DNA of 22,548 nucleotides from Octopus sinensis (GCF_006345805.1 NW_021836896.1:1-22548), one strand, 5' to 3'. Counted from the stretch's first letter, positions 9,522 through 20,021 are shown. The notes: generated from the letters alone by a model not told the origin. A program made the numbers and translations.

Positions 9522-9963
9522 GACGTTAGCATTTTCAACTGATACATTATAACTATCTGATTTGTTCTATTGCTTCAATTCTGTGTATGTACATATATTT
9601 ATTCATTTATTGCTGACATTCACCAATGGTTTCTCCCTTTGTTTTGATGCACTATTTTCTATCATTTATAGAACCGCCGGCAGTTTTGACGACACGGGTA
9701 TGCTAGTATATATAAGTGGTAATCCCACTGGTGGATATTTAAAGCAAGATTCTAAAATATTTTCCCCTCACCTCGTCGCTTCAATATACACCACTACGAC
9801 ACTCACTACTATAGAAGCACTCTCTACTCTACTACAACACTAACTACAACAAACACCCCGCTACATCATTCACCACTCCAACACTGCTCAGCACATACAC
9901 TATGACGACACTACTCCGACATACACCGTTACGACAATCACTATTGTTACACTAACCACAACT

Positions 9964-10349
9964 GTGTGGAAGCACTCCGTCGGTTACGACGATGAGGGTT
10001 CCGGTTGATCCGAATCAACGGAACAGCCTGCTCGTGAAATTAACGTGTAAGTGGCTGAGCACTCCACAGACACGTGTACCCTTAACGTAGTTCTCGGGGA
10101 TATTCAGCGTGACACAGAGAGTGACAAGGTCGGCCCCTTGAAATACAGGTACAACAGAAACAGGAAGTAAGAGTGAGAGAAAGTTGTGGTGAAAGGGTAC
10201 AGCAGGGATCACCACCATCCCCTGCCGGAGCCTCGAGGAGCTTTTAGGTGTTTTCGCTCAATAAACACTCACAACGCCCGGTCTGGGTATCGAAACCGCG
10301 ATCCTATGACCGCGAGTCCGCTGCCCTAACCACTGGGCCATTGCGTCTC
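9964..10349 (-). mobile_element. Full-length tRNA-derived SINE family F with a perfect 14-bp TSD
   Basis: Minus head GAGACGCAATGGCCCAGTGGTTAGGGCAGCGG...GGTTTCGATACCC. The TSD CACTAACCACAACT is at 9950-9963 and 10350-10363. Confidence 0.95.
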
Positions 10350-10626
10350 CACTAACCACAACTATTACACCCACCACTACTACATTCACCACACTCCGAA
10401 TGAACATTAAAACCATAAAACGTGTTACGCATATTGATGTTTCACCCCCCCCCCCACTACACTGAGTGTTAACAGGATATGAAACATTTATTGTCTTTCG
10501 ATAACACGTTTATTGTTCATTTCTTCATTATGTAATGGAGACGTGCGAGAAACTTGCAACGAATTATCACCCGTATTATAACAACTAGAAGCCTTTGCTT
10601 GCTAATCTAGTTAAATTTCATCATCA

Positions 10627-10688
10627 TCATATATATATATTTATATATATATATACAGTGTATATATATATGCATAGTATATACACAC

Positions 10689-10736
<48 letters not shown>

Positions 10737-11058
10737 TTATATATGTATATGTATATATATAATATATATATATATTATATATATATATATTATATGTATA
10801 TATATATATATGTATATATATGTATGTGTATACATAGATATATATTTGTGTGCGTACATACATATGTATATATATATATGTATATGTAAATGTATATATA
10901 TATATATCTATATATATATATTATATGTATATATATATATTTATATGTATATATATATATATTAATATATATATATTTATATGTATATATATATATATAT
11001 GTATATATATATAGATATACGTGTGTGTGTGTGTATACATAGATATATATGTGTGTGC

Positions 11059-11112
<54 letters not shown>

Positions 11113-11150
11113 ACGCACTCACACAGACACACATATGCATGTACACATAT
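10627..11150. repeat. Compound (TA)n/(TATG)n/(TG)n microsatellite
   Basis: Directly visible. Source of the Y/I-rich ORFs. Confidence 0.97.
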
Positions 11151-11844
11151 TTTCACGTGTACTTGTGAAAAGTAGCAACGAATTTGTCCTGGAGGGCGAC
11201 AGAATCGAACCGCCGAGTGTAATACTGGAAAAAGAATGGGATTACAAACCAAAAAGCAAACTACAATTGACTGCTGTTGAACAGTGTGTGATCTAATAAA
11301 GATATTTTTCAATAGGATTTCATTACAATGTTTATAGGCAAGAGAGGAAGAAAGAGAAATGATAATCACGCCAGTTTATATTATACTTCCAAATCCAATA
11401 AGTGTTTAAAATGAAACTTACGATGATGACTTAAAGGAAGAGGCAGTGCTGATGATATTCAGCAAAATATACTTTATGGTTCACATCACCATAGTTACTT
11501 GGTTAGATAATTTTCTGAAAAAATTTTCTGAAAAAATCTAAAAGCTAATAAAACAAAACTACCAAAAACAATTTTAAAAAGCACTTTATCAGTCAGTAGG
11601 ACATCTAATTGGACAATAAGTATTCTCTAAAGAGGTTTCAAGTACAAAATAAAACTACATAAATAGCATAAAATGCACTGAAAAAAAAAACAAACAAACA
11701 AACGAAACAAAAAATCAACAAACAAGCAACCCCCACAAAAACAAAATAAAGGTCGATATATTAAGCCGCGTGGCAAAGAAAAAAAATTTCGGACGTAGAA
11801 TGATTCTTAAAGTAGTTCGGATATAGGATCTTTTTCAAGATACC

Positions 11845-12079
11845 TATTTCTTTACTACCCACAAGGGGCTAAATACAGAGAGGACAAACAAGGACAGACA
11901 AACAGATTAAGTCGATTATATCGACCCCAGTGCGTAACTGGTACTTATTTAATCGACCCCGAAAGGATGAAAGGCAAAGTCGACCTCGGCGGAATTTGAA
12001 CTCAGAACGTAACGGCAGACGAAATACCGGTAAGCATTTCGCCCAGAGTTCTAACGTTTCTGCCAGCTCGCCGCCTTGT
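11845..12079 (-). mobile_element. SINE family A monomer with a perfect 17-bp TSD
   Basis: ATCTTTTTCAAGATACC at 11828-11844 and 12080-12096 flanks a full-length copy. Confidence 0.97.
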
Positions 12080-12294
12080 ATCTTTTTCAAGATACCGAAT
12101 GAAGAAACTACAAAAATGAAATAGAAAAAAGAAAGAAAAAATGTCAGTGAACGCTTCCAGCGAAACATGGTAGCAATGGGTTAAAGAATGAATGGTAAGT
12201 TGATTCCGTAAATTCCGTTTTTCATATTATGTCAATGGGAGACAATCATAATTAGTGTTTGCCATATTTTGTGATAGAAATATCAATATCAATA

Positions 12295-12465
12295 GGCGCA
12301 GGAGTGGCTGTGTGGTAAGTAGCTTGCTAACCAATCACATGGTTCCGGGTTCAGTCCCACTGCGTGGCATCTTGGGCAAGTGTCTTCTGCTATGGCCCTG
12401 GGCCGACCAATGCCTTGTGAGTGGAGTTGGTAGACGGAAACTGAAAGAAGCCCGTCGTATATATG

Positions 12466-12498
<33 letters not shown>

Positions 12499-12714
12499 TT
12501 GTGTGTCTGTGTTTGTCCCCCTAGCATTGCTTGACAACCGATGCTGGTGTGTTTACGTCCCCGTAACTTAGCGGTTTGGCAAAAGAGACCGATAGAATAA
12601 GTACTGGGCTTACAAAGAATAAGTCCCGGGGTCGATTTGCTCGACTAAAGGCGGTGCTCCAGCATGGCCGCAGTCAAATGACTGAAACAAGTAAAAGAGT
12701 AAAAGAGTAAGAGT
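12295..12714 (+). mobile_element. SINE family B, full length (tRNA head, CORE-like segment, internal TA/TG microsatellite, AAAAGAGT tail)
   Basis: A/B-box-like head, then CTTGGGCAAGTGTCTT resembling the start of the CORE domain. Homologous to the other B copies here. Confidence 0.95.
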
Positions 12715-12832
12715 AATATGAATTAAGAATTTAAAGAATCGCAGGGCAGAATTATGCAATTACACCAATAATAAGAAGGAAACAAACTCCCTCTAGAGTT
12801 AATTAATGATTTCAAATTTTGCCACAAGTGAT

Positions 12833-12940
12833 TTGGTCGACCAGAGGCTATATTAGAAGACACAGGCCCAAGGTGCCATGCAGTGGGACTGAACCCGGAA
12901 CCACGTAGTTGGGAAGCAAGTTTCTTACCACACAGCCACG
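12833..12940 (-). mobile_element. SINE family B 5' fragment, inverted relative to the 12295 copy
   Basis: GGTGCCATGCAGTGGGACTGAACCCGGAACCA...CTTACCACACAGCCAC is the reverse complement of the B head. Confidence 0.92.
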
Positions 12941-13025
12941 TCATATGTTTTATGTAATTTTGTCCGACTATATTTCTATTTTTCTCGATGCTAAATAGTT
13001 TTAGCAAAATATTCACACATTAAGT

Positions 13026-13188
13026 AGGCGAGTTGGCAGAACTGTTAGCACGTCCGACAAAATACTTAGCGCATTTCGTCCGACTTTACATTCTGAGTTC
13101 AAATTCCGCCTAGGTCGGTATTACCTTTCATCTTTTCCGGGTCGATAAAATAAGTTCCAGTTGAGCCCAGGTCGCTGTAATCGGCCTA
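13026..13188 (+). mobile_element. SINE family C, 3'-truncated
   Basis: GGCGAGTTGGCAGAA...CTGAGTTCAAATTCCGCC...GTCGATAAAATAAG. Confidence 0.88.
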
Positions 13189-13205
13189 TATATACATATA
13201 TTCCT

Positions 13206-13471
13206 GTCGTATATATGTATATGTATATATATATATGTGTGTGTGGTGTGTGTGTGTGTGTTTGTGTGTCTGTGTTTGTCCCCCTCGCATTGCTTGACAA
13301 CCGATGCTGGTGTGTTTACGTCCCCGTCACTTAGCGGTTCGGCAAAAAGAGACCGATAGAATAAGTACTGGGCTTACAAAGAATAAGTCCCGGGGTCGAT
13401 TTGCTCAACTAAAGGCGGTGCTCCAGCATGGCCGCAGTCAGATGACTGAAACAAGTAAAAGAGTAAAGAGT
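13206..13471 (+). mobile_element. SINE family B 3' half
   Basis: Starts at the internal microsatellite and is close to 12456-12714. Confidence 0.95.
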
Positions 13472-14215
13472 ATAGACATACATGCACACGTAAAACACAC
13501 ATATGACGGAAGTTGATTCAGCAATAATGTTACAGTAGGTTCCACTGAGTTGGGAAGGAGAAGAAATGACTTTTTAACCCAACTGATTATCTGCAGCTTT
13601 TAACACAGCTACCATTTAAATGCTTGTAGTTAAATGCAATGTAGAATTTTGACTTTTGACATTGCGTGCAGACTTTTTTCAGACCGCCGATAGAAAAATG
13701 ACATTTACTCAACGTTTCGACAGACATATGTTCTTTCAGTTGTCGAAAATTTATTAACTGGCTTCGGTTAATGTGCTCAAATTTAAACTCAGATCGACAA
13801 ACTCAGTCACGAGTTGATCATTTGAAGTATTTTTTCTTTTTTTTTTTGTGTGCAAGGGATTCCTTTCATTGCTTCACATTTCAATCTTGTGTATTAATTG
13901 CAATATTCTTCAAAATATTTGAACGTATTCAGCACATTTTCTGCTCATGATGGCCTAGGGAGTGTAATATTTTCCCAGTTCCACATAAATATTCCCCTTC
14001 TTCAGAGAGTATTTCAAGCAATCAATTTATCTTAATTTCAGTTTGCAAGAATCTCTTTTATCGGAACACAATTCTTCTTAGGAATTCTGCAAATCGTCCA
14101 CGTTGTTTGAGATATCATCAACTTACTTCCTTTTACCATTTTCAGCACCACTAGCGTATCTTTACTCTACTATTATAATTCCTTTTACACCGAAAATGAT
14201 TTAGAGAAATATTGT

Positions 14216-14813
14216 TATTTCTTTATTACCCACAAGGGGCTAAACACAGAGAAACAAGGACAGACAAACGGATTAAGTCGATTACATCGACCCCAGTGCG
14301 TAACTGGTACTTAATTTATCGACCCCGAAAGGATGAAAGGCAAAGTCGACCTCGGCGGAATTTGAACTCAGAACGTAGTGGCAGACGAAATACCTATTTC
14401 TTTACTACACACAAGGGGCTAAACATAGACGAGACAAACAAGGACAGACAAAGAGATTAAGTCGATTATATCGGCCCCAGTACGTAACTAGTACTTAATT
14501 GATCGACCCCGAAAGATGAAAGGCAAAGTCGACCTCGGAGGAATTTGAACTTAGAACGTAACGGCAGAGGAAATACCTATTTCTTTATTACCCACAAGGG
14601 GCTAAACATAGAGGGGACAAACAAGGACAGACATAGGTATTAAGTCGATTACATCGACCCCAGTGCGTAACTGGTGCTTAATTTATCGACCCCGAAAGGA
14701 TGAAAGGCAAAGTCGACCTCGGCGGAATTTGAACTCAGAACGTAAACGGCAGACGAAATACCGACCGCTAAGCATTTCAGCCGGCGTGCTAACGTTTCTG
14801 CCAGCTCGTCGTC
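14216..14813 (-). mobile_element. SINE family A trimer (one head, two headless units)
   Basis: Units 14216-14394, 14395-14577 and 14578-14813 are joined by GAAATACCTATTTC at 14387-14400 and 14570-14583. Confidence 0.95.
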
Positions 14814-14835
14814 TCAAAAAAGATTCTATCAATCT

Positions 14836-15162
14836 CCATGGCTCAGTGGTTAGAGCGTCGAGCTTACGATCGTGAGGTTGTGAGCTCGAATCCCGGTCCG
14901 GGCTGCGTGTTGTGTTCTTGAGCAAGGCACTTTATTTCACGTTGCTCCAGTTCACTCAGCTGTAGAAATGAGTTGCGACGTCACGGGTGCCAAGCTGTAT
15001 CGACCTTTGTCTTTCCCTTGGATAACACTGGTGGCGTGGAGAGGGGAGGCTGGTATGCATGGGTTTCTGCTGGTCTTCCATAAACAACCTTGCCCGGACT
15101 TGTGTCTTGGAGGGTAACTTTCTAGGTGCAATCCCATGGTCATTCATGACCGAAGGGGGTCT
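14836..15162 (+). mobile_element. tRNA-derived SINE family G
   Basis: A-box TGGCTCAGTGGTTAG and B-box-like GAGCTCGAATCCC. Homologous along its length to 18139-18469. Confidence 0.93.
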
Positions 15163-15203
15163 AAAAACAGTAACATTATTTTATTGAGCTCGGAATTATG
15201 AAC

Positions 15204-15295
15204 AGTAAAATTGACTTCGACATCATTTAAACTCAGAACATAAACGGTCGTAGATAAATGCTCAGATTGTCTAACGCTTCTTCCAATTCATCGCC
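15204..15295 (-). mobile_element. Old A/C-type SINE remnant
   Basis: TTTAAACTCAGAACATAA...CTAACGCTTCTTCCAATTCATCGCC resembles the reverse complement of the A/C head. Confidence 0.55.
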
Positions 15296-15456
15296 TGTAT
15301 ATTATATATCTGGAAACATGGGATAGTAATTAAGAAGAAATTATTGAAATTACCAGCTATAATATTTATCTGTTCAATGAGCCGATCCCGAGGAACCATA
15401 CTTGAACACATACAGACACACACTGAAACGTACACATACACACACGCATGTCTGTC

Positions 15457-15460
15457 TGTA

Positions 15461-15556
<96 letters not shown>

Positions 15557-15601
15557 CTTACCTATCTATCTATCTAACTACCTATCTATCTACCTACTTA
15601 C

Positions 15602-15633
<32 letters not shown>

Positions 15634-15635
15634 AT

Positions 15636-15696
<61 letters not shown>

Positions 15697-15701
15697 CTAT
15701 A

Positions 15702-15746
<45 letters not shown>
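15457..15746. repeat. (TATC)n tetranucleotide microsatellite
   Basis: Directly visible. It explains the YLSI/IYLS ORFs. Confidence 0.98.
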
Positions 15747-15748
<2 letters not shown>

Positions 15749-16549
15749 ATATATACAGGGCGAGAGAGAGAGGGGGAGAGAAAGAGGAAGAGAGACATAT
15801 AACGTGTGTGTGTGTGGTGATTGTGTGCATGAGTATGTGTTTGTGTATGTATACTTGCCCAAACACGGTAGCTAAAATCTATTCCTTGTTTCCCATCAAA
15901 ACAAACATTATAACCCAAATTATCAACACCACAAGTTGCTCTCCATCTGATGACTGTAGCTCCACCTGTTTGTAACAGAGAACTATAGCGACACCTGTTA
16001 TTCATAACACAACCAATCAGTATTCAAAACAAACTCCGGACTCTACTACAAAAGTAAAAAAAACAATAACAAAAAACAACAAAAAAAAAACACCCACAAA
16101 AGCTCGCAAAAAAACCCCAAAAAAACCAGCGACTAATTTCCTTTCTCTTCCGTCTGATTCGCTTGGCTTGGCTGCGTCCTGTGATCTATGATTAGATTAG
16201 CTTTCAACGTAAACTATACGGAGAAACATCTGCCACTCCATTGTCTTAGCAGATATTAGATGCACCGACGATCATGTCGAAGATCTACAGTGACTTAATG
16301 AATCTAACCCGGAGTCTTCCAGCCGAAGCAAAGCAGTTTAAAAACGGTGTGGAAGTGCAATAGTAACCAGACGCAAACAGCACCAACTAACAAAGAACTT
16401 GTATTATTTTGTCTTCCGTGTGTATCGATTGATCGAACGTATCGATACTGTAGCTGTTGATTTGTAACTATTTATTCATGGTTACATTCCCATCTTTTGG
16501 AGAAATATCATTAATACCACTGATGGCTTTTGAAAACGCTAAGTTGAAA

Positions 16550-16625
16550 ATGGTGATGGTGGTGGTGGTGGTGAGGGTGGTGGTGGTGGTGAGGGTGGTG
16601 GTGGTAAAGGTGAGGGTGGTGGTAG
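16550..16625. repeat. (GGT)n trinucleotide repeat
   Basis: Directly visible. Source of poly-Val in ORF 16457..16804. Confidence 0.95.
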
Positions 16626-16688
16626 TGTTGCTAAAATGGTATTACTGTAGAAGTAGCTACGGTTGCACAGAAATCAACCATCCGAATA

Positions 16689-16733
<45 letters not shown>

Positions 16734-16811
16734 ATACACACACACACACGTTCTTTATCACCACTCATACAAAATACATTATACATACATATACATACAA
16801 ATAAATATATA

Positions 16812-16858
<47 letters not shown>

Positions 16859-17295
16859 ATATATATATAAACTTATATATATATATATATTGAGTGTGTG
16901 TGTATATATTATGTATATAGGTGAGTGTGTATATATATATATATATATAATATATATATTACACACACACAAATATGTATGTAAGTGTGTATGTATACAC
17001 ACATACTTACATATATGTGTGTGTGTGTGTGTGTAATATATATACAGTATATAATATATATGTTGCATATATAAATACATACATATATATATACACATAT
17101 ATATATATACATATATATACATATATATACATATATATACACACACACACACACACATACAATATATATATATGAGGGCTGGCCGTGATCTAGTAATCTC
17201 AAGATTAATCAGCCGAAATTACTACGATGATCCGGTTCTTGACTGAAGACTGAGGGTTTCGAATGTCTTGTCCATGTTGTATTTTTCTACATACC

Positions 17296-17362
<67 letters not shown>

Positions 17363-17400
17363 TTACATATATATATATACATGCATACATGTACGTATTC
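16689..17400. repeat. Compound (CA)n/(TA)n/(TG)n microsatellite field, interrupted at 17176-17297
   Basis: Directly visible. Confidence 0.95.
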
Positions 17401-17806
17401 ATGTATGTATTACGAAGATCATGCATCTTTCCTTTTCCTCATGTATCAGAGTTGTTTTCCCATCTATTCTTTCACTTTATAGACTTATGGTGGGCCCGCC
17501 CAATAATGCGTAATTTTTTTATGGATAATTATTGACAACTTTTTTGCAAAAATATTTCGTTAAGACTAATCATGGTGTATCTGTGGAACGCACACATACA
17601 TACCTCGTTCTCATGTACACACATACGCATGCAGGCACTAACCCACGCCTACACACACACACATATATAAACAGAAAAAGAGAGAGCGTGTGAGTGAGAG
17701 AGAATTAGAAGGAAGTAAAGAAGATAAACGCATATATATAAGTTTGTGTATGTGTGTGTGTGTGTGCGTATACTTATATATATGTGTGTGCGTATACTTA
17801 TATATA

Positions 17807-17836
<30 letters not shown>

Positions 17837-17838
<2 letters not shown>

Positions 17839-18088
17839 CTCTTTTTTTTACTTGTTCAATCATTTGACTGCGGCCATGCTGGAGCAACCACCTTAGTCGA
17901 GCAAATCGACCGCCGGAACTTATTCTTTGTAAGCCCAGTACTTATTCTATCGGTCCTCTTTTGCCGAACCGCAAGTGACGGGACGTAAACACACCAGCAT
18001 CGGTTGTCAAGCAATGCTAGGGGGACAAACATAAACACACACACACACACATATATATATACATATATACGACGGGCTTCCTTCAGTT
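17837..18088 (-). mobile_element. SINE family B 3' part
   Basis: Reverse complement of the B tail through the internal microsatellite to GACGGGCTTC..TCAGTT. Confidence 0.94.
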
Positions 18089-18138
18089 ATATATATATGT
18101 ATATACATAAATACATACATACATACATATATAGTGAA

Positions 18139-18469
18139 GGCGCATGGCTCAGTAGTTAGAGCGGCGAATTTACGACCGTGAGGTTGTGAGTTCGAATCCT
18201 GAACCGGGCTGCGTGTTGTGTTCTCGAGTAAGACACTTTATTTCATGTTGCTCCAGTTCACTCAGCTGTAAAAATGAGCAGCGACGTCACAGGTGCCAAG
18301 CTGTATCGGCCCCTTTGCCTTACCCTTGGATAACACTGGTGGCGTGGAGAGGGGAGGCCGGTATGCATGCTCGACTGCTTGGTCTTCCATAAACAACCTT
18401 GCCCGGACTTGTGCCTGGGAGGGTAACTTTCTAGGTGCAATCCCACGGTCAGTCATGACCGAAGATCTC
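18139..18469 (+). mobile_element. SINE family G, second copy
   Basis: GGCGCATGGCTCAGTAGTTAGAG...GAGTTCGAATCC. Homologous to 14836-15162. Confidence 0.93.
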
Positions 18470-18562
18470 AATATATATGTATATATATATATATATTGAG
18501 ATACACACACATATATATATATATATATTATATGTACACGTGTTATTGATTAACTGTATCTT

Positions 18563-18870
18563 AAACTTGTTTCAGTCACTGGATTGCGGTCGTGCTGGGG
18601 CACCGCCTTGTAGGGTTTAGTCGTACAAATATATATCAGTACTTATTTTTAAGTACGTATATCTCTTATGTCGAATCTCTAATTCACGGACATGTAAACA
18701 AAAAGAACCCCACAAAACAAAAAAAAAACCCCACCTATCTATCAAGTCCTCACAAGCAACAGGTTGGCCCAGGACTATAGTAGAAGACATTGCGTCAGGT
18801 GCCGTGCAGTGGCTCTGAACCCGAAATTGCGTGGCTGTAACGCGAGTATCTTAATCTCACAGCCACAGCC
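18563..18870 (-). mobile_element. Old diverged B-like SINE
   Basis: CTTGTTTCAGTCA..GTGCTGGGGCACCGCC, TATAGTAGAAGACA and GAACCCG..CACAGCCAC. Confidence 0.75.
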
Positions 18871-19125
18871 TTATCCAGAAAAGTTCAAATGACTAACATA
18901 AGGAAATTGCCTCTGTAATGGTAGAGCTCCCGAGAAGTTTATCAATTATGAAGCAAATAATCAAATTCTATCGAAAGAAGACAAGATATTCAGGTTCACC
19001 ATCCAAACTGTTACTGCAAGTGGCACGTAAAAGACATCTTTCAAGCGTGATCGTTGCCAGAACCTGACTGGCCCCCTTGCCGTGATACTTAAACAAAATT
19101 ACTGTGTGAATTTGATGTGACAACA

Positions 19126-19777
19126 TTAATCCTTTAATAAATAAACTGGCCATGTCCGGCCCAAATATCCTACCTGTTTTGTGTTCAAATCGGCTAGATC
19201 TAACCTCTCACACCTACCCTACAATATCTATTTCTTTACTACCCAGAAGGGGCTAAACACAGAGGGGACAAACAAGGACAGACAATCGGATTAAGTCGAT
19301 TATATCGACCCCAGTGCGTAACTGGTACTTATTTAATCGACCCCGAAAGAATGAAAGGCAAAGTCGACCTTGGCGGAATTTGAACTCAGAACGTATCGGT
19401 AGACGAAATACCTATTTCTTTACAACCCACAAGGGGCTAAACACAGAGGGGACAAACAAGGACAGACAAACGGATTAAGTCGATTATAGCGACCCCAGTG
19501 CGTAACTGGTACTTATTTAATCGACCCCGACAGGATGAAAGGCAAAGTCAACCTCGGCGGAATTTGAACTCAGAACGTAGCAGTAGACGAAATACGCCTA
19601 CGCATTTCACCCGGCGTGCTAACGTTTCTGCCAGCTCGCCGTATAATATCCATTCTAAAAGTATACAATCACTTCATTGAAATCGTGAAGCTATGAGAAA
19701 ATGCACGATTAATTCATAACAATGGGAATAAATAAGCATTACCTTTGACGGTATAATCTCAGTGTTAAAGGGTTCAA
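19126..19777. mobile_element. Probable piggyBac-type non-autonomous element (MITE, about 240 bp) interrupted by a SINE-A dimer
   Basis: The ends TTAATCCTTTA (19126) and TAAAGGGTTCAA (19766-19777) approximate TTAA-CCCTTTA inverted termini. The interior is continuous across the SINE TSD. Confidence 0.5.
19229..19640 (-). mobile_element. SINE family A dimer (one head, one headless unit)
   Basis: Junction GAAATACCTATTTC at 19405-19418. The flanks TACAATATC and TATAATATC are TSD-like. Confidence 0.95.
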
Positions 19778-19986
19778 ACAATTTGTCCTTTCCTTTTTGC
19801 TTAGTTTATTATTTGATCCTTTTGCTCAATCGAAGCTGCCCCTTGGTGTTTCATACAAAACTGTTTGCGTTAGCATATATATTAAAACTCTTTGCCAGCA
19901 TTTTGGTAAGAAGCACACACGTTATGTGTTTCATTAGAATATTGCCAAGAAAAGCTCAGAGGAAACAAACATTGAAATGATAATTC

Positions 19987-19988
<2 letters not shown>

Positions 19989-20021
<33 letters not shown>
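19989..20021. repeat. (CT)n microsatellite abutting a SINE-B tail
   Basis: Directly visible. Confidence 0.95.

Noticed and set aside
11170-11300. Plus-strand frame ending ..EQCVI* followed by AATAAA
   Set aside because: Poor acceptor, and CVI is one residue short of a CaaX box.
10627-11369. Y/I/C/V-rich ORFs here and at 15344-16005, 16847-17535 and 21647-22538
   Set aside because: Microsatellite translations.
13860-14165. Minus-strand RYASGAENGKRK resembling the start of hAT transposases
   Set aside because: One short motif followed by stops, with no further hAT motifs or TIRs found.
14216-14813. Regularly spaced palindromic repeats resembling a CRISPR array
   Set aside because: The whole 180-bp units are homologous, there are no unique spacers or cas genes, and the context is eukaryotic SINE.
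14836-14900. tRNA genes at SINE heads (also 10280-10349, 12295 and 18139)
   Set aside because: A/B boxes are present but there is no complete cloverleaf, and each continues into a repeated SINE body.
15946-15990. CTGATGA hammerhead core candidates (also about 11450)
   Set aside because: No stem II plus GAAA or closing stems.
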